In this document: piece by piece, positions 1 to 5,945 of the stretch
Numbering within the stretch: position 1 is the stretch's first letter
Layout of the letters: each line of letters opens with the position of its first letter
DNA from: a virus
Length of the DNA: 19,854 nucleotides
Direction: 5' to 3' (one strand)
UHGV virus genome: UHGV-0075699
Notes under the pieces: model-generated
Database searches by the model: none
The model's input: the letters and a program-made list of their open reading frames with translations, nothing else
Told to the model about the DNA's origin: nothing
Translations under genes and position numbers: made by a program

Positions 1-558
1 GTCCTCATCGAATGCCGCCAGTTCGTCATATCCGGCAACATCAACCGATTTCTCACGATAGTTCTTTGCAGCCTTACCGCCGAGACACCAGAAACCGCGA
101 CCGTTAGAGAATCGCTTCATGCTGAGCGTGTTATTGCGGTGCTTTTTCCCATACCACGGCGCCAGCGCCAGCAGTGCGGGAATATCACGGATCGTCGGCT
201 CAACATGCGACTTCATGAAGTTTTCGGCATCGCCGTCGGTCGGCAGCCAGATGAGGGAATTTCGCTGCTTATGCTCAATAAAATAGGAATAGACGCCCAG
301 CAGCATCTTCGAGTAACCGACACGGGCAGATTTCACAACGTTCACTTCCCGTATGTAGTCATTCCCCATCGCATTCATTATTGCGCGCTGGAAAGGCAGC
401 GTGACCCAGCGCCCTTCCTGGTAAGCTGATTCTTTCGGCAAATAATAATTATTGTCTGCCCACTCCACTGCCGTTTGCGGCTCCGGGCGATAGAGTGAGC
501 GCAGCCCGGCGCGCGCGGATGACTGCAGCCCCTTAATCTGACTGTTCGATATATTCAC
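1..558 (-). CDS. A: Terminase large subunit (lambda gpA-like), N-terminal portion; CDS continues past window start
   Basis: Minus-strand translation from GTG at 558 reads VNISNSQIKGLQSSARAGLRSLYRPEPQTAVEWADNNYYLPKESAYQEGRW...DVAGYDELAAFDED, collinear with the recalled N-terminus of lambda gpA; the frame runs open to base 1. The plus-strand ORF 139..429 is antisense to it. Confidence 0.9.
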   Translation of the reverse strand, partial: MNISNSQIKGLQSSARAGLRSLYRPEPQTAVEWADNNYYLPKESAYQEGRWVTLPFQRAIMNAMGNDYIREVNVVKSARVGYSKMLLGVYSYFIEHKQRNSLIWLPTDGDAENFMKSHVEPTIRDIPALLALAPWYGKKHRNNTLSMKRFSNGRGFWCLGGKAAKNYREKSVDVAGYDELAAFDED

Positions 559-1078
559 TCAGCAACCCCGGTATAATTTCATCCAGCGCAGCTGCCTTGT
601 TCATGGCTTTGATTACGTCCTTTTTAAGGAAATCAATGTGTCGATTCTCCAGCTCAGGAAACCGCCGCTGCACCGACAGGGGGATCCCGTCCAGGATACT
701 GGCTATTTCGCCGGCCACGCGTGAAAGCACGAACGTGCAGAATGCGGTCTCCACCACCTCAGCGGAACTTTTGGCGTTTTTTAGCTCCTGGGCATCAGCC
801 TGCGAGCGGGTCAGACGGTAGCGCTCATAATCAATTGTTCCTGGCTGCAGATCAGATTCACCAGCCTTACGGAGCTCTTCAACTTCCTTTCTCAACTTTT
901 CGTTTTCGATGTCAGCATCACGTTGGGCAAACCACTTAATCACGGCAGCGGAATCGTAAAGAACCTCATTACCTTTGCCACCACCACGCACAAACGGCAT
1001 CCCCTGATCCTGCCAGTTCTGAATCGTACGAATGCTGACACCAAAAATATCGGAGAGCAGTTTTTTGTTCACCTCCAT
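533..1078 (-). CDS. nu1: Terminase small subunit (lambda Nu1-like)
   Basis: ORF-track protein MEVNKKLLSDIFGVSIRTIQNWQDQGMPFVRGGGKGNEVLYDSAAVIKW... (181 aa from the ATG at 1078) matches recalled lambda Nu1 in sequence and length. AGGAG Shine-Dalgarno lies 5 nt upstream; the 3' end overlaps the gpA start as in lambda. Confidence 0.9.
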   Translation of the reverse strand: MEVNKKLLSDIFGVSIRTIQNWQDQGMPFVRGGGKGNEVLYDSAAVIKWFAQRDADIENEKLRKEVEELRKAGESDLQPGTIDYERYRLTRSQADAQELKNAKSSAEVVETAFCTFVLSRVAGEIASILDGIPLSVQRRFPELENRHIDFLKKDVIKAMNKAAALDEIIPGLLSEYIEQSD

Positions 1079-1099
1079 ACGCACTCCTTAGGCGAAAAC

Positions 1100-1290
1100 G
1101 GGGTACGGAAACGATCATGGGTGATCCGGACAGGAAACGGTCTGATGGTTTCCTTTCTTTTCAGGCATCAACCAATTAATAAACAATGAGTTAAAAAGTA
1201 GAAGAACGGAAACGCCTTAAATCTCAAAATTTTCATATGTAGCGAGAATCCGCGAGGTCGCCGCCCCGTAATCACTCGAACTTCTGGAAA
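1100..1290 (-). other. cos site (cosN cohesive-end sequence plus cosB-like terminase-binding region), lambda-type
   Basis: Reverse complement of 1249-1270 reads ACGGGGCGGCGACCTCGCGG, followed by ...TATGAAAATTTT...TTTAAGGCGTTTCCGTTCTTCT...CTGAAAAGAAAGGAAAC..., nearly collinear with the recalled lambda left end (GGGCGGCGACCTCGCGGGTTTTCGCTATTTATGAAAATTTTCCGGTTTAAGGCGTTTCCGTTCTTCTTCG...CTGAAAAGAAAGGAAACGACAG). It sits immediately upstream of the Nu1 start. The 12-nt cohesive end maps to about 1255-1266. Confidence 0.75.
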
Positions 1291-1371
1291 GGACCCGTAA
1301 CGATAATGGTTATCATTAATGTTTGAATGGTCATTCATCGAGGCCGCTCATTGAACAGCCTCTGTGAATGC

Positions 1372-1791
1372 TCAGTCTGAGGACGCGCCGCCGTCAGCCT
1401 GCAGAACAGCTTCGGGAATGTGAGTTTCCAACGTCTCATTCTCGAATACCTTCAGACCATTGAAACCAATCCAGGTGGAGGACTGATTCACATTTCCCGC
1501 AATGAAGTCAGCAACGTCAGCCAACAGGCCACCAACCACTGCCTCTGTGTTCTGCCGCCAGTAGTTTTCGATAGCGACCAGCAGCGGATCAGAGCCGTTC
1601 TTTGTCATCTGTTCGCCTACTGAATAGGCCTTTTTCTTGGCTTTGTTGGTGACGCAAAGCAGCTGGCTGGTTTGCACTGCCACCGATTCAAGGTTATTCA
1701 CCTGCACCGTGATGGCGGCGACTTTATTACCGTCATTGTTGGTGCTCGACGCGTAGAACATCGAGATGGTCAGCTCATTACGGTTAAACAT
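1372..1791 (-). CDS. Hypothetical protein (139 aa), second gene of a coupled pair between lysis genes and cos
   Basis: Intact ORF whose ATG overlaps the stop of the upstream gene (ATAATG at 1789-1793), indicating translational coupling. No recognisable motif. Confidence 0.5.
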   Translation of the reverse strand: MFNRNELTISMFYASSTNNDGNKVAAITVQVNNLESVAVQTSQLLCVTNKAKKKAYSVGEQMTKNGSDPLLVAIENYWRQNTEAVVGGLLADVADFIAGNVNQSSTWIGFNGLKVFENETLETHIPEAVLQADGGASSD

Positions 1792-2117
1792 TATTGGCTC
1801 CGATGATTTCGATGGTTGCGGTTACGGCGTGAACGTTGCTTTTGGTTCTCCTCCTGAGGTAGGAGCTCACCCTCGCGCGCTGGTGGCTGCTCACTCACCC
1901 GAGCAGATGCGGGCGCTGCTGCTGCTGGTGCTGGTGCCTGTTTCGCTGGTGGTGTATATGGCTCGCCACCAGCTTCAATTTCGACCTTGAGATAAGGGGT
2001 CGTTTTCATGCTATGAGTGAAGTGAACCGTGCTGACAGGTAGGCCCATATAGGACTTGCCATCGCGTTCAAGGCTCACCAGCACCCCGTTAACGTATTCA
2101 ATTTTTAAACTCTGCAT
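1791..2117 (-). CDS. Hypothetical protein (108 aa) with Pro/Ala-rich linker and basic low-complexity C-terminus
   Basis: ORF with AAAGG-type RBS about 8 nt upstream of the ATG at 2117. Globular-looking N-terminal 55 aa followed by PPAKQAPAPAAAAPASA. Translationally coupled to 1372..1791. Confidence 0.45.
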   Translation of the reverse strand: MQSLKIEYVNGVLVSLERDGKSYMGLPVSTVHFTHSMKTTPYLKVEIEAGGEPYTPPAKQAPAPAAAAPASARVSEQPPAREGELLPQEENQKQRSRRNRNHRNHRSQ

Positions 2118-2135
2118 CGGGTTACCTTTTACGAA

Positions 2136-2160
2136 TAAAAAAGCCCCGCGTATGCGAGGC
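2136..2160 (-). terminator. Rho-independent terminator (minus-strand sense) upstream of the 2117 gene
   Basis: Minus-sense RNA forms GCCUCGC-AUAC-GCGGGGC (7-bp stem with one G-U pair) followed by UUUUUUAUU; plus coordinates 2143-2160 stem, 2136-2142 A-run. Confidence 0.5.
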
Positions 2161-2292
2161 TACTGGCTAAATATCAGGGTGTTACTGTGAAACCTCAGCG
2201 TGTAAGGTTACGGCTCAGCCCGTCCGTGGTGGGACACTGACGAACATGTAATGGCAGAGAACTGGCTGATTAGTTCTGCTTAAGGAAATGAG

Positions 2293-2754
2293 ATGGCAAT
2301 TAATTTACCAGTGTACTTTATGAACAGCAGCGGGGAATTTTCAACTACACCGCAACCAATGGCTGTACCCGTGATAGTTGTCACATTTGCAGCGGTTGAC
2401 AAAGATAATCATTATCAAATACCGAACCCCGAGAAACATGAATCAGCTATGGTTCTGATCGATACTGGTGCTACCGCCTGTTATATCGATAATGATTTTG
2501 CTGATGAATTAGAACTCCCAGTTACCAGCGAAATCCAAGTTCGGGGAGGAACTTCTACAATTAATTCAACAGCTCGCAGGGCGGTTATGAGCCTAACAAA
2601 CGACGGGCGCCTTTTTTCTCAAGAATTTCATGCAACCCCTTTAGTTAATAATGGGCGACACTTCAAAGCAATTCTTGGGATGGAGTTTCTTCAACACTGC
2701 TCATTCACGCTTGACTACAAAAATAACAAATTCGAGTTGTTGTTTAATAGTTAA
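2293..2754 (+). CDS. Retropepsin-like (clan AA) aspartic protease, moron gene
   Basis: Protein contains VLIDTGATACYID (D-T-G-A catalytic motif in hydrophobic context) and a C-terminal AILGMEFL motif resembling the retropepsin I-I-G-R-D-x-L element. AAGGAA RBS 5 nt upstream of ATG. Gene is visibly AT-richer than its flanks and opposite in orientation to the late operon. Confidence 0.65.
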   Translation: MAINLPVYFMNSSGEFSTTPQPMAVPVIVVTFAAVDKDNHYQIPNPEKHESAMVLIDTGATACYIDNDFADELELPVTSEIQVRGGTSTINSTARRAVMSLTNDGRLFSQEFHATPLVNNGRHFKAILGMEFLQHCSFTLDYKNNKFELLFNS

Positions 2755-2929
2755 GCCATGCCGGTAGAAATACTACTGTGGTTTCTGAGTGCGGCTCCCC
2801 CATCAGCGGCTTGCTATCACATGGTGCTTGCCGCTGTCCCCAGATATTAATCATTCTCAGATCTATAACCTCCACATCCTTGTTACATATTGCATCTTCC
2901 TGCATTTTAATGCACTGGGCTAAGGTCAT
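2744..2929 (-). CDS. Hypothetical small protein (61 aa), uncertain
   Basis: ORF with GAGGA RBS 4 nt upstream of ATG at 2929, just downstream of the Rz stop; no motif recognised. 3' end overlaps the convergent protease gene by 11 nt. Confidence 0.25.
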   Translation of the reverse strand: MTLAQCIKMQEDAICNKDVEVIDLRMINIWGQRQAPCDSKPLMGEPHSETTVVFLPAWLNY

Positions 2930-2968
2930 ATTGTCCTCGGTTATCCCCTAGTAGGGATTTTGATTATG

Positions 2969-3481
2969 TTATCCCTTAGCAGGGATAGAAGTTCTCACCG
3001 ATTTGTAAATCCGCTCACAGATCATTCCTGCGGTGTAGCGTTCGTCAGCGATTTCAGCATACCGTCGAGCTTCTTCTGCAAGGTCTCCAAGCATGTCGGC
3101 GAGCATTCCGGCGGTGGTGCCGGTTGTTTTGCTTCTGACGGTAGCGGCAAGACTTGTGGTGTGCTTTGCGGCGTCCAGGCGGGTGGCAAAGGCTTTTGCC
3201 TGCTGGCGCAGCTGGTTAACAGTGCCAGAGAGATTAGCAGCAGCAGCACGCGCTGCAGCGGTTTGAGCTTGAGCATCTTGTACGGCCTCATCGCGGGCGA
3301 TCAAGCGCCCCTGTTCAATCATCCGGGCGACGGTTTGCGCATTCACTGCCTGTGCCGATTCGTCAATATCACGTTGCAGCCATTTGGATTGCCACTGTGT
3401 ATCCTTCCAGAATGCACCTGCGCCAAATGCACCGGTGAGGATCAAACCAATCACAAAACCTTTTGCTTTAGCGCCCATCAT
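2969..3481 (-). CDS. Rz-like inner-membrane spanin (i-spanin)
   Basis: N-terminal TM segment ([18 protein letters not shown]) followed by an Ala/Gln-rich predicted coiled-coil periplasmic domain; located immediately after the lysozyme gene with overlapping start; a second gene is embedded in another frame. Start placed at the ATG at 3481 (ORF track begins at TTG 3484). Confidence 0.8.
   Translation of the reverse strand: MMGAKAKGFVIGLILTGAFGAGAFWKDTQWQSKWLQRDIDESAQAVNAQTVARMIEQGRLIARDEAVQDAQAQTAAARAAAANLSGTVNQLRQQAKAFATRLDAAKHTTSLAATVRSKTTGTTAGMLADMLGDLAEEARRYAEIADERYTAGMICERIYKSVRTSIPAKG
3022..3276 (-). CDS. Rz1-like outer-membrane lipoprotein spanin (o-spanin), embedded in Rz
   Basis: Alternative-frame ORF wholly inside Rz; [23 protein letters not shown] has a signal peptide ending in a lipobox-like LLTSC, followed by a Pro-rich mature region ([18 protein letters not shown]). 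Classic embedded Rz/Rz1 architecture. Confidence 0.7.
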   Translation of the reverse strand: MLKLKPLQRVLLLLISLALLTSCASRQKPLPPAWTPQSTPQVLPLPSEAKQPAPPPECSPTCLETLQKKLDGMLKSLTNATPQE

Positions 3482-4007
3482 CAAGCCCCCAGCACGTCAG
3501 CGCACTTTCCTGATCACGGCGCGTTACCTGCCCGTAGCAGTTATTGGAGCGCACCCGGCAATCCTTCCCTCCGTCTTTAATCCACCAGCGAATCGCTTCA
3601 CATGCGCCTTTACGGTCGCCAGCGTTAATCCGCTGGTAGAACGTCGACGGGAAGCAGCGACCGGGACCGATGTTGTACGGACAGAATGAGGCAATGCCGA
3701 CTTTTTGCGGTGGGGTCAGTGGAACGTGGATATTCCGATCAACCCACGCCAGCGCCTTATCACGTTCGACAGCATTCACCTCATCGCATTTGGTCTGGGT
3801 CAGTTTCATACCCTGCGTGACGGGTTTACCATCAATACGCGTGGCACCGCGGCAAATAGTCCAGATCCCCTGGCTGCCATCGCGATACGCGGTCAGCCTG
3901 TTCCCTTCTTTCTCATCAAGGAACTGATCCATTAGAGTAGGCGCAGATGCACCGGCAGCAATGAGCGCCAGCATGGCAGCGCTGAGTTTTGTTTTCATCG
4001 ATGCCAT
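3468..4007 (-). CDS. Endolysin, GH24 lysozyme (T4/P21-type) with N-terminal secretion signal or SAR domain
   Basis: [23 protein letters not shown] matches the E..D..T catalytic triad spacing of T4-type lysozymes; the N-terminus [21 protein letters not shown] is hydrophobic and Ala/Gly-rich with an AxA site. Confidence 0.85.
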   Translation of the reverse strand: MASMKTKLSAAMLALIAAGASAPTLMDQFLDEKEGNRLTAYRDGSQGIWTICRGATRIDGKPVTQGMKLTQTKCDEVNAVERDKALAWVDRNIHVPLTPPQKVGIASFCPYNIGPGRCFPSTFYQRINAGDRKGACEAIRWWIKDGGKDCRVRSNNCYGQVTRRDQESALTCWGLDDGR

Positions 4008-4008
4008 G

Positions 4009-4257
4009 TCAGTGATCCTGCGGTGGCGGGGTTATATATCCGCGCGCCAGGGCTTTTTCATATGCTCTGGTCTGGCGCCGCTTGAAATAGAAGTTAACGA
4101 AAAATGTCAGCAGGCCAATTACAAATCCTCCGATAACCGCTACCAGGTTCCAGTCGAGATCATGAATCCATTTGGCAAGACCACCCCAGCAGATGAGGCC
4201 GCCCGAAGTGCAATAACCCACTGCCGAAGCAATTTTGTCAGGCATGGTTCTGTTCAT
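4009..4257 (-). CDS. Class II holin, phage-21 S-like (pinholin-type) with dual-start motif
   Basis: Starts MNRTMPDKIASAVGYCTSGGLICWGGLAKW...: two in-frame ATGs 4 codons apart (4257 and 4245) as in holin/antiholin pairs. Two TM segments, the first Gly/Ala/Ser-rich, and a basic C-terminus. AGGAGG SD 7 nt upstream. Pattern resembles recalled S21 ([26 protein letters not shown]...). Confidence 0.75.
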   Translation of the reverse strand: MNRTMPDKIASAVGYCTSGGLICWGGLAKWIHDLDWNLVAVIGGFVIGLLTFFVNFYFKRRQTRAYEKALARGYITPPPQDH

Positions 4258-4311
4258 CCGACACCTCCTGTTGAGGTGCTGTGTGCGTGAAATGAAGTGA
4301 GGAATGAGGGC

Positions 4312-4340
4312 AATAAAAAAGGCCGCCACAGAGGACGACC
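4312..4340 (-). terminator. Probable intrinsic terminator downstream of hicB (minus-strand sense)
   Basis: Minus-sense RNA GGUCGUC-CUCUGU-GGCGGCC (7-bp stem with two G-U pairs) followed by UUUUUUAUU; lies between the hicB stop (4365) and the holin RBS. Confidence 0.45.
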
Positions 4341-4364
4341 TTTTGATAGTGGGGACTGCACTGA

Positions 4365-4772
4365 TTACCGGACAATTATTTCCATTTTTTGTCCTAGTAC
4401 CGATAGTGCTTTTTGAATGGTGTCGATCTTGGTGCTATGACCAAGAGACACGATTCGCTGTACCTCCTGAGGGCGCGTATTAATCATGCGGGCCAGTTCA
4501 GCGTTACTGGTATTGGTACTGACCAGGCGGTTTAGCAATAATACCTTCGCCGCCACGCTTGATGGCACTTCAACAAACGCCTCACCCTCTGCTGAAGGTG
4601 CGGGGATCTCCCGGCGGTCGTCAAAATAGAAATCAAACGCCGTAACCAGGGCATCCTGCGCCATTTCTAACGCTTCCTCCCTGGTTGCCCCTCCCGTCAT
4701 TGCCTCGGGGATATCTGGGAAAAATACCGCCCAGCCGGTTTCGTCATGCTCAAAATTTACCGGATATCTCAT
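4365..4772 (-). CDS. hicB: HicB antitoxin
   Basis: From the internal ATG at 4772 the protein reads MRYPVNFEHDETGWAVFFPDIPEAMTGGATREEALEMAQDALVTAFDFYFDD...LSVLGQKMEIIVR, matching the recalled E. coli HicB pattern (MRYPV...FVDIPEA...DAL.TAFDFYFED...). Directly downstream of hicA. Confidence 0.85.
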   Translation of the reverse strand: MRYPVNFEHDETGWAVFFPDIPEAMTGGATREEALEMAQDALVTAFDFYFDDRREIPAPSAEGEAFVEVPSSVAAKVLLLNRLVSTNTSNAELARMINTRPQEVQRIVSLGHSTKIDTIQKALSVLGQKMEIIVR

Positions 4773-4819
4773 ATTGATTAAGTGAATCTCCACGAGTACC
4801 AGCCCCGGAGGGCTGGTTT

Positions 4820-4996
4820 TTATTTGATACCGAGTTGCTTCAAAATTGCTTTTCTCAGCGGCTCCGGGATTTCCTTGCCCGGGTGTCTCGGCATTATCGT
4901 TTGCTTGCCGTTGAGGTAAATTTTTAAGTGGTTGGTACCATCTTTAAACTCTGCCCCTTGAGCTGCAAGCCAACGCCTGAACTCGCTTTGCTTCAC
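4820..4996 (-). CDS. hicA: HicA mRNA-interferase toxin
   Basis: 58-aa ORF (below the ORF-track size cutoff) found by manual translation: VKQSEFRRWLAAQGAEFKDGTNHLKIYLNGKQTIMPRHPGKEIPEPLRKAILKQLGIK, closely matching recalled E. coli HicA (MKQSEFRRWLESQG...NHLKL...MPRHP...EPLRKAILKQLGL). GTG start preceded by AGGAGGAGG. Confidence 0.85.
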   Translation of the reverse strand: MKQSEFRRWLAAQGAEFKDGTNHLKIYLNGKQTIMPRHPGKEIPEPLRKAILKQLGIK

Positions 4997-5026
4997 TCCT
5001 CCTCCTGTCTGTTTAACTTGAGATAA

Positions 5027-5080
5027 TAATAAACATTTTTGTTTATTAAATCAAGCTAAAATATAAACATTTTTGTTTAT
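5027..5080. promoter_or_regulatory. Two palindromic operator-like sites upstream of hicAB
   Basis: TAATAAACA-TTTT-TGTTTATTA (5027-5048, perfect 9-bp arms) and ATAAACA-TTTT-TGTTTAT (5063-5080), same core repeated about 35 bp apart, located between the late terminator and the hicA RBS. Confidence 0.5.
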
Positions 5081-5110
5081 CCAGAGAGAGGGAGAGTGCG
5101 AGATAAACCA

Positions 5111-5134
5111 ACAAAAAACCCCGCCGAAGCGAGG
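5111..5134 (-). terminator. Late-operon terminator (tR'-like) downstream of the late promoter
   Basis: Minus-sense RNA CCUCGC-UUCG-GCGGGG (6-bp stem, UUCG tetraloop) followed by UUUUUUGUUGG; plus coordinates 5119-5134 stem, 5113-5118 A-run. Confidence 0.6.
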
Positions 5135-5171
5135 TTATTTATAAAAATGGCAAGATATCAAATTACCTCAA

Positions 5172-5200
5172 AATATCGCTCATTTTGTTGCATTTTGCAA
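5172..5200 (-). promoter_or_regulatory. Candidate late promoter (pR'-like) immediately downstream of Q
   Basis: On the minus strand TTGCAA (-35, 5195-5200), 17-bp spacer, GATATT (-10, 5172-5177), about 25 nt after the Q stop and about 55 nt upstream of the terminator; the position is analogous to lambda pR'/qut. Confidence 0.4.
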
Positions 5201-5225
5201 GCCTGATTAAAGGAGATAGCCAACT

Positions 5226-5945
5226 TTAATCACATTTTTCCGTTCTGACCTCTTCTATTTGCTCATGATATGTGTAGATGTTCTGCAATGCGTTGTTATC
5301 CATCTCAATGAAAGCCGTTTTAAGTCGTTCCCAATGCCCGGCATAAACCCTTTTCCAGGTTGAGCGGTCAACTGAAACCATACGCGCCAGAGCTGCGCCA
5401 GCGTAGGTTTTATACGTCTCATTATTCCGGGTCGCTGCAACCTCCTGGCCAGCCAGCCAGACCAGCCCCACAAGCTTTTTTATTACTCTCGATTGGATCG
5501 CCCTGCCTACTTGATAGTTCTGATATTCAGTCCAGACGTGTTCACACATCAGCGTCTGGTAACGGAAATTTAGATCGAAGCCATAGCAATAGCGCACCCA
5601 TGCCTGGTGATGTTCTTCCAGCAGGTTTACAGCGCGCCTCCACGGTGAATAACCGAATTCAATATCATTGATGGGCGGCATTGGCCGGCGGCGGCTGCGG
5701 GTCTCCATCACATAAACTGGAGTAGTCAGTGCCTTAACCACCGACGGGCCACAACCAATCCCCCCTTCCAGATCGACAAGATTGCGAGAGCACCGCGGAT
5801 TTTTATTCTTATCTGCCGGTGGGTTCTCGCTGAATGCCTCGAGTTGTCCCTTTGTTGCGCCGGATAAATCCAACAACGCTCGACGCACTTCAATACGGGT
5901 ATATTCCAGGTTTTGTAGGTTCATACTGCTCAACGCTCCATACAC
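5226..5945 (-). CDS. Probable late antiterminator Q (Qin/82-type Phage_antitermQ-like)
   Basis: 239-aa ORF located exactly where Q sits in lambdoid phages (after the nin-region genes, directly before a promoter-terminator pair and the lysis cassette). Assignment rests mainly on position and size; start could be GTG 5945 or ATG 5924. Confidence 0.5.
   Translation of the reverse strand: MYGALSSMNLQNLEYTRIEVRRALLDLSGATKGQLEAFSENPPADKNKNPRCSRNLVDLEGGIGCGPSVVKALTTPVYVMETRSRRRPMPPINDIEFGYSPWRRAVNLLEEHHQAWVRYCYGFDLNFRYQTLMCEHVWTEYQNYQVGRAIQSRVIKKLVGLVWLAGQEVAATRNNETYKTYAGAALARMVSVDRSTWKRVYAGHWERLKTAFIEMDNNALQNIYTYHEQIEEVRTEKCD

Noticed and set aside
139-429. Plus-strand 96-aa ORF
   Set aside because: Lies entirely antisense to the strongly supported terminase large-subunit reading frame; composition looks like a shadow ORF.
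597-1189. Three plus-strand ORFs (597..821, 721..939, 923..1189)
   Set aside because: Antisense to the Nu1 gene and the cos region; no RBS and no recognisable motifs.
2945-2990. Palindromes CCCTAGTAGGG and ATCCCT-TAGC-AGGGAT near the Rz stop, considered as a terminator
   Set aside because: The first has no loop and neither is followed by a T-run on either strand; possibly a protein-binding site, but there is no support for a terminator.
2960-3580. Plus-strand 206-aa ORF
   Set aside because: Antisense to Rz/Rz1 and the lysozyme 3' end; Gly/Ser/Cys-rich low-complexity translation typical of the reverse strand of an Ala-rich gene.
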